Below, piece by piece: positions 25,201 to 33,184 of a DNA stretch of 33,779 nucleotides. The notes under the pieces were generated by a model. That model was not told where the DNA came from and made no database searches. It saw only the letters and a list, made by a program, of their open reading frames with translations. Location: NCBI GenBank assembly GCA_032718475.1, contig JAUCBJ010008836.1, positions 1-33,779 on the forward strand, read 5' to 3'. A program made the position numbers and the translations under genes. This stretch comes from Nemertoderma westbladi. Its lineage: Eukaryota > Animalia > Xenacoelomorpha. Each line of letters starts with the position of its first letter. Position 1 is the stretch's first letter.

Positions 25201-25458
25201 GTTACGATATTGATCATATTGATTATATCGGATTTCATCTGATCTAATCTGAGTATTATGGCGTTGATCATGGTGGTTTTGATCATAATTGATCATAACC
25301 TGAATAAGGATTACGAATGTGAGTATGATCATGAGGAGTGGACTGTGCAATCGGTGCCCCGTGGCCAACAATTGGCTGATTAGCCCAGTTGTGGTTATTT
25401 GAGTGGTGCATATATTTCTCCTGGAGAACTTTCTCATTAGACCACTCTTGATTTGCAT
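19294..25458 (-). CDS. BEL/Pao gag-pol main ORF (2054 aa; first ~57 residues are out-of-frame read-through)
   Basis: Same domain order as element 1 (gag-PR-RT-RH-IN) but clearly divergent sequence. Confidence 0.92.
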   Translation of the reverse strand: MQIKSGLMRKFSRRNICTTQITTTGLISQLLATGHRLHSPLLMIILTFVILIQVMINYDQNHHDQRHNTQIRSDEIRYNQYDQYRNNQARVDHGRLNSGHHGHRSDQTHQNKNFHNPRSNQEPINLDPSEGAIPYHVPPGPSRQIMRPIGHHNYYDDRNAFARTMKELQARKNLPEMKIAKFSGKPEQWCNFYLEFTDFVVTKDFSEHEKFAYLLTFLEGPPLKMVEGLRGTPDEFADAWEELETYYGDPRVLSGNISHKLRSGPPIKGNQGLFFFNQELQAGLRTLHQFGQQSLLQNWDAIAAMANRLPNELQRKWKREVRSIRDRGLQETLRDFTRLVKDESRAMNLPNQVGVTPLSFPDSTRVTSSHRGHEKTHKLVIEDEQTASNNISESDTTGSVFTVLSEMTKLVRESCNNMKDKHSTRIHCPVCNGHHRTMVQCNTYMALPLQTKRMLARSLSLCYLCLSYNHLVRQCTSTQTCTKCTKRHHESLHDDSSGALHAGTFLKSSVGAEVTPASTKSPSPTLPVHVPQGPISSKKLTTTSSKSTPSKTTTKTKYPPKNKTSKVTFSDAEEGSEESENHDDDNLYDSSFILSEDENYFEDECSFKSVTSTNYMRSFNVLPILVTGKYSSRVLNAVLDTASTSSYIDISVAKELGPLGPLKLIKVSTLNSDQSMMVGSLKCQLDSPFPKLDYNEKQLPMNNIHLKAIDGLADSFSSPKSWSLKEQQYFTDKLKIPSLKFTDDNRTILLIGQDIFEAHHIYKYRPPNPKPHQARAAQTVFGWYKRAPHPSVLERHRFSTRNSQDNSDDETSPEIQPLAVFQISNPDEFVDVCNELTEDPNLIDHLANTDLPVDLHDTVQQVLQITNQFTDDINRYMQKDTPEPGSWNISTSPLEKRANEILQSTTTHLSNGHYQTSMLWKRDTPRLPNNREVALRQANALRKKLLQNNELQDLYYAQIDNYIQQGYLVPVPDPERTTSRTNYLPHHAVTHPDKPGKVRVVCNASSTFRGKSLNDELLSGPNIINNLFGILLRFRQYSIAWNSDIEAMFHQVFVPEEDRDSLRFLWWPDRTMKGEPKEFWFTVHVFGKLDSPCIVIHDVNQTGKDFGHEFDPEVLTTILRDFYFDDCFRTGTQLMTEISVAKQLIECLKLGGFNLLKFCSNSKEFLQAIPEQHRSIQDADLLVNMIPEAKSLGLGWNPNEDTLYVRWKPFKNPRHWTKRLILSQTASFFDPVGFISPVVLIGRLIFQQLWLSRLGWDDPITDSEILKRWNEWSKQIADVDSLRIPRNYFSNDDSNATYEIHAFSDASQLAIGTVLYIRRVTHEIQIAFLTSKAHVIRTNSFVSIPRAELLAAVLASEVAIDAQAQLGFRTSLYFWTDAKLVLLYLSTEKSLKTYTANRRAQILDRSSLDQWHWCPGDENPADVASRGCSIQELKNNKLWNNGPSFLLKQIEYWPQQPTPTKHDETLLEVKPPPKLPNKSKARDSTMGVEPTGPTMGVALSKSSMGTARTDLTMGAAPEITATVIVAKDELPDVVLSHLKTIGCWSRAVRVLALCKIVAKKWLQCLYSGASAKPQRQSRRLKNLEPLDDSNTLVIVPSRDEYFAAEIHLLEMYQRDSYPTEYDALKLGKPISKTSTLNKYDLLLEDGLIKIQTRLQNGPYSENYIKPILIPGGEIQKQMILDIHLQNMHANRSIISSKLRQRFWLDKPTAALNEILRSCIPCRRWNAPLLNQKMGQLPAHRVTPHEKPFSRTGIDLWGPYNCTQNRSLVKRWGIIFTCLATRAAHLDRVIGCDTESLLLAFRRFTSRRGEVKTIYCDSAKNFIGASNRLKLWCNSWNHQVIQDHLKLHQIDWLFNTPSAKWRGGIWEREIGVIKHSMNKIIPLTSNLTDEQLQTVLIEIEGMLNARPLELITSDLHQPQVITPAHILGYEPFVPVPRELNDDKLSFSCKSAWKRSQIVSDCFWDHWSEGYLRKISLAPKWRKEQLNLKVGDLVLLQGENIPRRHWLSAVVMATKSDKNNLIRTVTVKTSIGSILDRPVQRLAMLEPAPTLSSSNR

Positions 25459-26041
25459 ATTTGTGATAATAACTATGTTCTTGGTAGTCAGTTTCTGAAT
25501 CTGTAGCTAGATTATCATGCTGTTTTTTTCTTTTACAATCAGCCTGATCAGTTTGATCAGGCAGATCAACTTCATTATCAGGCTGCAATGCAGCTGCGAT
25601 TATCTCCATGGATCTAGTAGCTGTGCTAATTTGAGCCCCTAATTGAGATACAAGGTTAATAACAACTGCTTGACTATCTGTAAAAGTAGGTTGATCTCCT
25701 TGGTCTGTGAGAATTTGTTGTTCGGACCTCTTCTGCTTAGATGGGACTTCTTGATCATGTGAAACATTCTGATCATTGGGCTCATCAATTAAACCTGATG
25801 ATGACATCTGATTTTTAGGCACATTAACCCAATTGCCCTTAGAGTCAGCCAAATACCTAGGCCGACCTTCATACGCCCATTCTGGAATATTTAAATCATT
25901 AATTGGGACTGGTCGATCTGATTGATTGGTTACTGAATTGGGATGAACTCTACGAGTTGGTTCATTACCACCAGTAGTAGGGTCTTGGTCCTCTCTGCGA
26001 CAGTTAGACCCCACTGACACCCATTGGGTGTCATATGACAC
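19294..26041 (-). pseudogene. BEL/Pao retrotransposon 2 gag-pol polyprotein, frameshifted at 25279-25298 (ORFs 25283-26041 and 19294-25458)
   Basis: Gag (KFSGKPEQWCNF), knuckles (CPVCNGHH, CYLCLSYNHLVRQC, CTKCTKRHHESLH), protease (AVLDTAS), RT (YLPHHAV, SDIEAMFHQV, YFDD), RNase H (FSDAS, NPADVASRG), integrase (GIDLWGP, CDSAKNF, GGIWEREI). Removing one copy of a 10-bp tandem duplication fuses the two ORFs. Confidence 0.9.
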
Positions 26042-26288
26042 CCAATTATCACCCTATGGGTGTCATTGGGTGTCATTGGCGCCAGACTGTCTGGCTGACA
26101 CCTCCCAATTAGGCTAATTAGACCCTAATTGACAGGTGTCATCAATTAATTAGTACAATTAAACCCTAACAGGTGTCATATGACTCCTAATTAGGGTTTA
26201 ATTGATTATCCTAATTAATCAGACTGATTAGCGCCCCGACACACAATGGGTCATCAGTGTTGTCTAACTGTCGCAGAGAGGAGCAAGA
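25983..26288. repeat. Fold-back: ~50-bp imperfect inverted repeat enclosing scrambled GGGTGTCA/CTAATTAG motifs
   Basis: TCTTGGTCCTCTCTGCGACAGTTAGAC...CCCATTGGGTGTC (25983-26032) matches the reverse complement of 26238-26288. Confidence 0.8.
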
Positions 26289-26977
26289 GGGTGTCATAAG
26301 TGACACCGCAGCTCTTTTATTCATTAATACTTATTTATTTATATTTAATTTTAATTAATTATTTGCATTTTATTTTATTCGTATTTATTCATTTGTACTT
26401 TATTTTAAATTAATTAATTGTATATATTACTTTTACTTTATACATTGATTTCTATTTTTAGATTAATTAGTTTTTATATTACCAATGAGATCACTATGAC
26501 ATAATGTCTATAATTAACTTTATAATGGCTATGGTATACGGCTCCCTACTGGCAACTATCAACTACGTTCATCGGCGGGGACCCCTCCTCTGTCCTCATT
26601 ATTCATTAACTAGATACAATAGGCAGTGAATCTACACGTATACCCCCAAGGCAAATATAAATCAGCGGTCCCGGCTGTTAGCAGCCCCCTCGATGACTCA
26701 CTAATAATCCCAATGCGGCTTTGACTACAGCAAATTCGTATATCGCTCAAGGCTAATGTTCCAGCGGCCCTCCATTGTTCCCACTATAGCCGGCGTCGCT
26801 TTGTCCCTTTCCTATATCCAGGCAGCCCGTATCATAACAATGAAGCGCCACTAATCACGCATTCCTCTCTACTAATCCCTTTCCTTTGCACCAGACCTGC
26901 TTCTGTTATACAGCCAACTCAACATAATTAGTCAAGATGTCTACGGGGGTTTTCTAATAGATTCATCAACACGAGAA

Positions 26978-27059
26978 GTTGCCCTGGTAACCGCTTTCGC
27001 GCGAACAGCCAATCAGCGGGCTTCATTTCTGCTGCTGCGCTCTGATTGGCTCATTTAAG
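26978..27059 (+). promoter_or_regulatory. Putative promoter: RFX X-box, E2F site, two CCAAT boxes
   Basis: GTTGCCCTGGTAAC (26978-26991), TTTCGCGC (26995-27002), AGCCAATCAG (CCAAT 27009-27013), CTGATTGGCT (ATTGG 27045-27049), TATA-like CATTTAAG just after. Confidence 0.55.
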
Positions 27060-27250
27060 AGACAAGGGCCTCCCCTACTAACCGAATTGTTATTTAATAC
27101 ATCCCCACTAATATATTAGATCATTATTTCAATTGCAAGTTACGATTAACATCATTTACCATTATTTTGTTTTCGAGTTTAATATTATTTATTTAAGAAT
27201 ATTTATTTGTTATCATCGATCAACAACCCACTTGTAGAGTTGTATTATTG

Positions 27251-28044
27251 TCATTTCGCCGCGTTATCGCTCATCGTCGACAACAAACTTTCCGCGTATC
27301 CGCCGCGTAATATTTTTCCGATACCATTCCGCTCTATCGGTTGATAAACTCTCTCGTCGTCCACGTCAACCAACTTCCTCGTCGCCAACAAACTTCCAAA
27401 CTTCTTCTTTCCGTGAATATTTACTAATACCGTAAGTAAAATCTGCCTTCCACCATCTCCATCGACGCCGCTAGCAAACAATTTACATTTAATGTCTACC
27501 GGTACAACAGTATTGCAGTAGGCTCATTATTAATTACTGTTAGACTGCGGTGATACCGATAGCCTAAACCGTGATCGAGGCATTCGATCAATAGGCCTAC
27601 ATCCGCCTATCTGCTTACAGTATTTTTTATGTTTTTACAAATAATCAACTTATTTTTCTAGTATCATTTCGCCGCGCTATCGCTCATCGTCGACAACAAA
27701 CTTTCCACATATCCGCCGCGTAATATTCCATTATTTCTAATTTCCGATATCATTCCGTTCTATCGATTAATAAACTCTCTCGTCGGCCACGTCAACCAAC
27801 TTCTTCACGAACTTCCAATCTTCATCTTTCCGTGAATATTTACTAACACCGTAAGTAAAATCTGCCTTCCCTTCCACCATCTGACGATACTATCGATGCC
27901 GCTAGCAAACAATTTACATTTAATGTCTACCGGTACAACAGTATTGCAGTCGGCTCATTAATTACTGTCAGACTGCGGTGGTACCGATAGCCTAAACCGT
28001 GATCGAAGCATTCGATCAATAGGCCTACATCTGTCTATCTGCTT
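27251..28044 (+). repeat. ~370-380 bp direct duplication (27251-27616 / 27664-28044), each with a putative leader exon and GTAAGT donor
   Basis: Copies start TCATTTCGCCGCG and end CTATCTGCTT; ACC|GTAAGT at 27431 and 27851; the acceptor block 27618-27661 recurs at 28509-28554. Confidence 0.88.
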
Positions 28045-28561
28045 GTCTACCTGACTATCGGTACTGCATCATTCGAGTTAGCCTAGACCCTATTGAACAA
28101 CAATGAATACTGCAGTTTTCACTATATATCATACTGACTAACTGAGGAGATCTCATACAGCGATTAGCTAGGCCTATCGTTGATTTGTATTGGTTAACGC
28201 TACCGGTACATCTGACTTATCACTTATAGCAGACTATATCACTAGCACTACTGCACTGACTGACTGATGACTGTTGTTTATAGACCCTCTTTCCACGAAT
28301 AATAACTGGCATCGCTTTTGTGTCTTGGTTATCGCCACTATCTGACCGCTGGTACACTAACACTACTGCACTAGATACTGCCGACTGTCTGCATTATGTT
28401 TCACCGACTGATTGTTACAATACAGCAATAGGCCTAACTGTACAAACACAGTATTGTTGCCTAGTAACCGATTAATACCTACTGTTTTACTTTATTTTTA
28501 GCAGTATACAGTATTTTTTATTTTTTTTTATGAATAATCAACTTATTTTTCTAGATTCAAG

Positions 28562-31500
28562 ATGCCTATGTCTAGCAATAAAGTTAGCTGTCCCATCTGC
28601 GACAAAGAGACACGGAGTGATCATTTATCTCGCCACATTAAAATTCATTTCGCGCAATATCGATGCGACTGTTGCTCGACTTGGTCTTCGGAAAAGAAGA
28701 CGCTGGTTGGCCATCTTGTTTCGTGTCCTCAGGGGGGAACAGGATTTAGTTACGTAAACGAGCCAGCCGATTGCCGCTGCGGGGATTCGCTCACCCTATC
28801 TTCCTTTACTGAGCATGAATGCTATACTCGACTTTTTTCGCGGAAACGCAAAACTCCGACTACCTCCCACTCATCCCCCATCAACTCTACTCCAGAACAA
28901 GTCGGCGGCGGCGGCTCCAATAACGAACCTTCAACTTTGCGAGATTCTATTTCCCCAAACAATCCATTTCAACCACCCTCTAACGGAAGCGCACACGGAC
29001 GACTGTTTACCTATAACAACGACCTCGCAGAAACAAGACTCGACGCAGAATTAACATTAAATGAAAATTTTCCACACATTCAAGAACACGTTAGTAGCCA
29101 TTTACGTAGTGCCATGGGAACTTTTTTAAGAGTCTGGCTTACAATCAACATCGTAATGGAGCGTGAAACCAGCGAGGGATTTCAAATTGAATCTTTCTGT
29201 TTTAAATCTAGCGGTAACAATAATCAAATTCTGAATAATAGCGACTTTAATAACTGGTTTTCTGGCGCCGTCAATCGTATCGATCAACTGTTAAGCGTGT
29301 TTCTCTGCCTCGGCTCGGGTTGGCGCATAATAGCCATCGAGCGAATAACTATTGAGATTGCGCGGTCCCAACGCAACCCCTATTTAAAGGGTCAAGGGTT
29401 CAATAATTCTAAATTATTATTAAATAAAAAATGTACCGTAAGCGTAGACTGCCCGCTGGGGGAATGCTTTAAATACGCAGTATTGGCCGCCGCAAATTAT
29501 AAGAAAATTGATAGAAAACAAAATAATATTAGTAGAATTTCAACGTTTACTCCTTTCCTAAACATGTTTGATTTTTCCAATTTAAGTTTTCCGGTGGACA
29601 GAGTAACTGGTATTCCCCAGTTTCTGAAAGCCAACCCTATATACTGCATAAACCTTCTTTATTGGAGTAATACGGAAGAACTCTCCATTTTAAGTCAGCC
29701 TGATAGCGTGCACTGTTCCGGTAAAACTGTACTAAACTTATTATTTATCGAAGGCACAAGCAAAAACCCCGCCCACTACGTAGCTATTACTAACATAGAT
29801 AGACTAATAAATTCAAAAGATTCTAACGGTAACAAGACGCACTGCGAACGCTGTCTCAGAGGCTTTTACACTGACAAATCATTGGAAGAACATCGAGAGC
29901 GTTGCTATACGGGTAAACGCCAACTCGAGTATATGCCCGAAAATCTCTTGGTTAAATTTGACAGGTATGATAAGACTCTATCCCCGCCTTTCTGTATATA
30001 CGCCGACATTGAAACTATTCTAGAACCTACAAACAATATTAAACTCCCACAGAAACATATAGCTAGCGCGGCAGCCTTTTATACAGTAGCAAATCAGAAA
30101 TTAATTAACCCTCCTAAAACAGATGTTCAAATTTTCCGCGACGATGGCAGTAACCACGTAATGCGCGACTTTCTAACCGCTATGGAAAGTCATTGTAGGG
30201 AGTTATATGATTGGTCCATTTCTAGTACAAACACGCACGCCCCCATGCAACTCACTACTAGCCAACAAACTGACTTTAATAACGCTACACAATGCTACGT
30301 CTGCAACTGTAATTTAACCCCCGATTCTCATAATTTAAACCTCAATGACAATCTCAGCACCAAAGTCCGCGATCACGATCATTATAGCGGGGAGTATCGG
30401 GGGGCTGCTTGCGTCAGCTGCAACAGGAAACTTTCCCTAAAACGGAATAATTTTTATATTATATTTCATAACTTGAGGAAATTCGATATGCATTTACTAC
30501 TAAAAGAAGGAATGACCGATAGTTCTAGAACACACTGGAAAATGACCGTAATACCAAAAAACACCGAAACTTATATTCACCTTAAAGTTAGCTTCCCAAT
30601 CGATCCGAGTACACCAACAGCCAACGCTAAAGAAAGTATCTCCATTAATTTTCTAGATTCCTATCAGTTTATGACTGCCAGCCTAGATAATCTTAGTAGC
30701 TATCTCACTAAAAATAACAGTAACCTAGCAACAGCCATACCCCATACACTAGCTCAAATGACCCGACTCTATCCCATCATTAGCGATAACACAATAAAAA
30801 ACAAGGGCGTATTCCCATATTCCTACATTCAAAATATTTCAAACCTATACGAAACTACACTCCCCCCAATAGAAAGCTTCTATAATGATCTCAAATTGGA
30901 ACAATGTAGCGCAGACAACTATCAGCGCGCGCTTACTACTTGGGATGAATTAAACTGCGCAACAATCTTCGACTATATGATTGGCTATTTGGTTCTAGAT
31001 GTTACCCTATTGGCTGATACTTTCGAGCAGTTCCGATCCCTCTGTCTTACTAATTATGGACTCGAGCCCGTAATGTACTTCACTGCCCCTGGATTAACTT
31101 ACGACGCGGCGCTGAAATTCACGCAATCAGAAATTCAATTACTATCAGACGCTTCCATCTACTCGGACTTTGAAACAAATATTAGGGGTGGTCTAGTTTT
31201 CTTGAATACACATTCCGTAGACGCAAATATTCCCGATAAACCCGACTATGACTCCAGTCTCCCCGAGAAATATCTAATTCCCATCGATGCGAATAACCTT
31301 TACGGCTGCGCCCTGAGCCAGAAACTTCCCTACGCTAATATTAAACTCGTAACTACCCCCATAGACCTAGCTACAGTAGACGCGAGTGGGGATACTGGTT
31401 ATTATTGCATAGTTGATCTACATTATCCGAAAGAAATTCATGATTTGACCGCCGATCTGCCTCTAGGAGCGGAGAAGATGTCAGTCCCTAAATCCTTTCT

Positions 31501-32614
31501 TAGCGAATACATGGAAGATCTTTGGGAGCATTACAATCTCACCGATAAGGCTACCTGTAGACCATACAACGATACCTGTACTAAGCTACTACTACATCAG
31601 TTTAATAAGGTTGAATACGGTATCCATATTAAGCTACTTCAACTCTATTTGAAGCTCGGTCTTAAACTTACACAAGTACATAGGGTCTACTCTTTCTCGC
31701 AAAAATATATTTTCAAGGACTACATTAGTTTTAATACAAATAAAAGACAGTCGGCAAATAACCCATTCGAGGTCCTATTTTATAAGTTGATGAACAATGC
31801 CTTGTATGGGAAATGCCTCCAAAAGGTTAGAGACCGCGTTTCTTTCAGGTTATGCAATAGCGACGAACAATGCGATTTGCTCTTAGCCAAGCCCAATCAC
31901 GAATCGTTTGTTGTATTTACCCCCAACTTGAGTGGTCATACTTTCACTAAAGAGGCTGTTTGCCTAAATCAGGGCGTGTTCATCGGTTGCACTATACTAG
32001 ATCTATCTAAGCTACAGATGTACGACCTATTTTACAACAAACTGAAGCCTCTAGAACAAAAACTGGATTGCCAGATTCGCTGTCTAGCCGGTGACACGGA
32101 TTCTCTAATGCTAAGCGTAACTAATACACCACAGCTAACCTTTCTACGGGCAATGTTTGAGGGTGGTTTCCTAGATACTTCCAACTACAGTACAACACAT
32201 CCACTCTATACCATTAAACACAAAGCGGCTCTCGGCTTCGTAAAAGATGAGAGCTGCGGTTTGCAGTATAAACAGTGGGTTTTCCTTAAACCAAAGGTCT
32301 ACAGTTTTCAATCCTATGATGCCCCAATCAAGAAAACCGCCAAAGGTGTATCTAGATCGGTTGTCGCTAAGCAACTAACACACGAGGATTATGCAGACTG
32401 TTTTGAAAACGAGGCAATGCTCTTCCGCTATAACTCTACCTTCACTTCTAGAAAGCATCAAATTTTTACTGGTCATGTCTATAAGAAGGCACTAACGCTC
32501 TGGGATACGAAATCATATTGGAGTAGTAAATATAGCAGCAAACCATACGGACACTATAGCACTAAGCTTGTTAGACCGGCGAAACGAGTAGTAATCCCCC
32601 CTACTAGGATTTAA
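28562..32614 (+). CDS. polB: Protein-primed family B DNA polymerase (Polinton/Maverick/adintovirus type) with N-terminal zinc finger and endonuclease VII-like insert
   Basis: C2H2-like CPICDKETRSDHLSRHIKIH; GSGW motif; HCERCLRGF..LEEHRERC; ExoI IYADIET; insert CYVC...KVRDHDHYSGEYRGAACVSCN; ExoII FHNLRKFD; KGVFPYSY; ExoIII YLVLDV; IRGG; motif A IDANNLYG; motif B KLMNNALYGK; motif C GDTDSL; KVY; AKGV. Intact 1350 aa. Confidence 0.95.
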   Translation: MPMSSNKVSCPICDKETRSDHLSRHIKIHFAQYRCDCCSTWSSEKKTLVGHLVSCPQGGTGFSYVNEPADCRCGDSLTLSSFTEHECYTRLFSRKRKTPTTSHSSPINSTPEQVGGGGSNNEPSTLRDSISPNNPFQPPSNGSAHGRLFTYNNDLAETRLDAELTLNENFPHIQEHVSSHLRSAMGTFLRVWLTINIVMERETSEGFQIESFCFKSSGNNNQILNNSDFNNWFSGAVNRIDQLLSVFLCLGSGWRIIAIERITIEIARSQRNPYLKGQGFNNSKLLLNKKCTVSVDCPLGECFKYAVLAAANYKKIDRKQNNISRISTFTPFLNMFDFSNLSFPVDRVTGIPQFLKANPIYCINLLYWSNTEELSILSQPDSVHCSGKTVLNLLFIEGTSKNPAHYVAITNIDRLINSKDSNGNKTHCERCLRGFYTDKSLEEHRERCYTGKRQLEYMPENLLVKFDRYDKTLSPPFCIYADIETILEPTNNIKLPQKHIASAAAFYTVANQKLINPPKTDVQIFRDDGSNHVMRDFLTAMESHCRELYDWSISSTNTHAPMQLTTSQQTDFNNATQCYVCNCNLTPDSHNLNLNDNLSTKVRDHDHYSGEYRGAACVSCNRKLSLKRNNFYIIFHNLRKFDMHLLLKEGMTDSSRTHWKMTVIPKNTETYIHLKVSFPIDPSTPTANAKESISINFLDSYQFMTASLDNLSSYLTKNNSNLATAIPHTLAQMTRLYPIISDNTIKNKGVFPYSYIQNISNLYETTLPPIESFYNDLKLEQCSADNYQRALTTWDELNCATIFDYMIGYLVLDVTLLADTFEQFRSLCLTNYGLEPVMYFTAPGLTYDAALKFTQSEIQLLSDASIYSDFETNIRGGLVFLNTHSVDANIPDKPDYDSSLPEKYLIPIDANNLYGCALSQKLPYANIKLVTTPIDLATVDASGDTGYYCIVDLHYPKEIHDLTADLPLGAEKMSVPKSFLSEYMEDLWEHYNLTDKATCRPYNDTCTKLLLHQFNKVEYGIHIKLLQLYLKLGLKLTQVHRVYSFSQKYIFKDYISFNTNKRQSANNPFEVLFYKLMNNALYGKCLQKVRDRVSFRLCNSDEQCDLLLAKPNHESFVVFTPNLSGHTFTKEAVCLNQGVFIGCTILDLSKLQMYDLFYNKLKPLEQKLDCQIRCLAGDTDSLMLSVTNTPQLTFLRAMFEGGFLDTSNYSTTHPLYTIKHKAALGFVKDESCGLQYKQWVFLKPKVYSFQSYDAPIKKTAKGVSRSVVAKQLTHEDYADCFENEAMLFRYNSTFTSRKHQIFTGHVYKKALTLWDTKSYWSSKYSSKPYGHYSTKLVRPAKRVVIPPTRI

Positions 32615-32628
32615 TTTTATTTTTCTAG

Positions 32629-33144
32629 AATAAGAAATTGAACAACAAAATAGAAATAACCAATAAACAGTTTACCGGAAAAAACATTGCCAAATTTGAA
32701 CTAGATAAAATTTCACAGCAAATTACAGGTCAAAGTTGCTTAAAACCAAACATGTTTATCTACAAAGGTGACGATTCAACTATAATGCTATTTCCCAGCG
32801 GCGCAGTAACAATTGTAGGCCTGTGCAATAATTTAGCTAGTGAATTGCTTTATTTAAAACAAACTATCGGGATGCAATTACAAAATTTGAAACTTAATAC
32901 CGAAACACGAACTATTATTTTTCCAAGTGTTAATTTTAAATTATTAATGAAAAAATGTGGACATCATACAATTAATAATAAAGCAATATTTATTAGCTAT
33001 ACCCCCGAATTATTTTGCGCGATTAGAATATATATAGGACGTGCATATTTCAGTGTATTTCATAGTAATAAAATCGTTTCCATGTGTCCAGCCGGTGAAT
33101 TCCCCGAATCATTATCTATTTTACAAACTTTATTATTAAATTAG
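32629..33144 (+). CDS. Divergent TATA-box-binding-protein (TBP)-fold protein, probably entered by splicing
   Basis: Two TBP-like half repeats: STIMLFPSGAVTIVG (cf. TALIFSSGKMVCTG) and SYTPELFCAIRIYIGRAYFSVFHSNKIV (cf. SYEPELFPGLIY...LIFVSGKVV). ~170 aa matches the TBP core. No ATG at the 5' end; the frame opens right after TTATTTTTCTAG (32628). Confidence 0.75.
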   Translation, partial: NKKLNNKIEITNKQFTGKNIAKFELDKISQQITGQSCLKPNMFIYKGDDSTIMLFPSGAVTIVGLCNNLASELLYLKQTIGMQLQNLKLNTETRTIIFPSVNFKLLMKKCGHHTINNKAIFISYTPELFCAIRIYIGRAYFSVFHSNKIVSMCPAGEFPESLSILQTLLLN

Positions 33145-33184
33145 TTTATTTACTATGGTATACATGAAAGTTTACTATATTATT

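Noticed and set aside
26310-26980. Polinton left TIR
   Set aside because: No (AGT)n/(AG)n terminus or partner repeat visible in the window.
27251-27481. 76-aa minus-strand ORF in the duplicated block
   Set aside because: The second copy carries multiple indels, and splice signals point to plus-strand leader exons.
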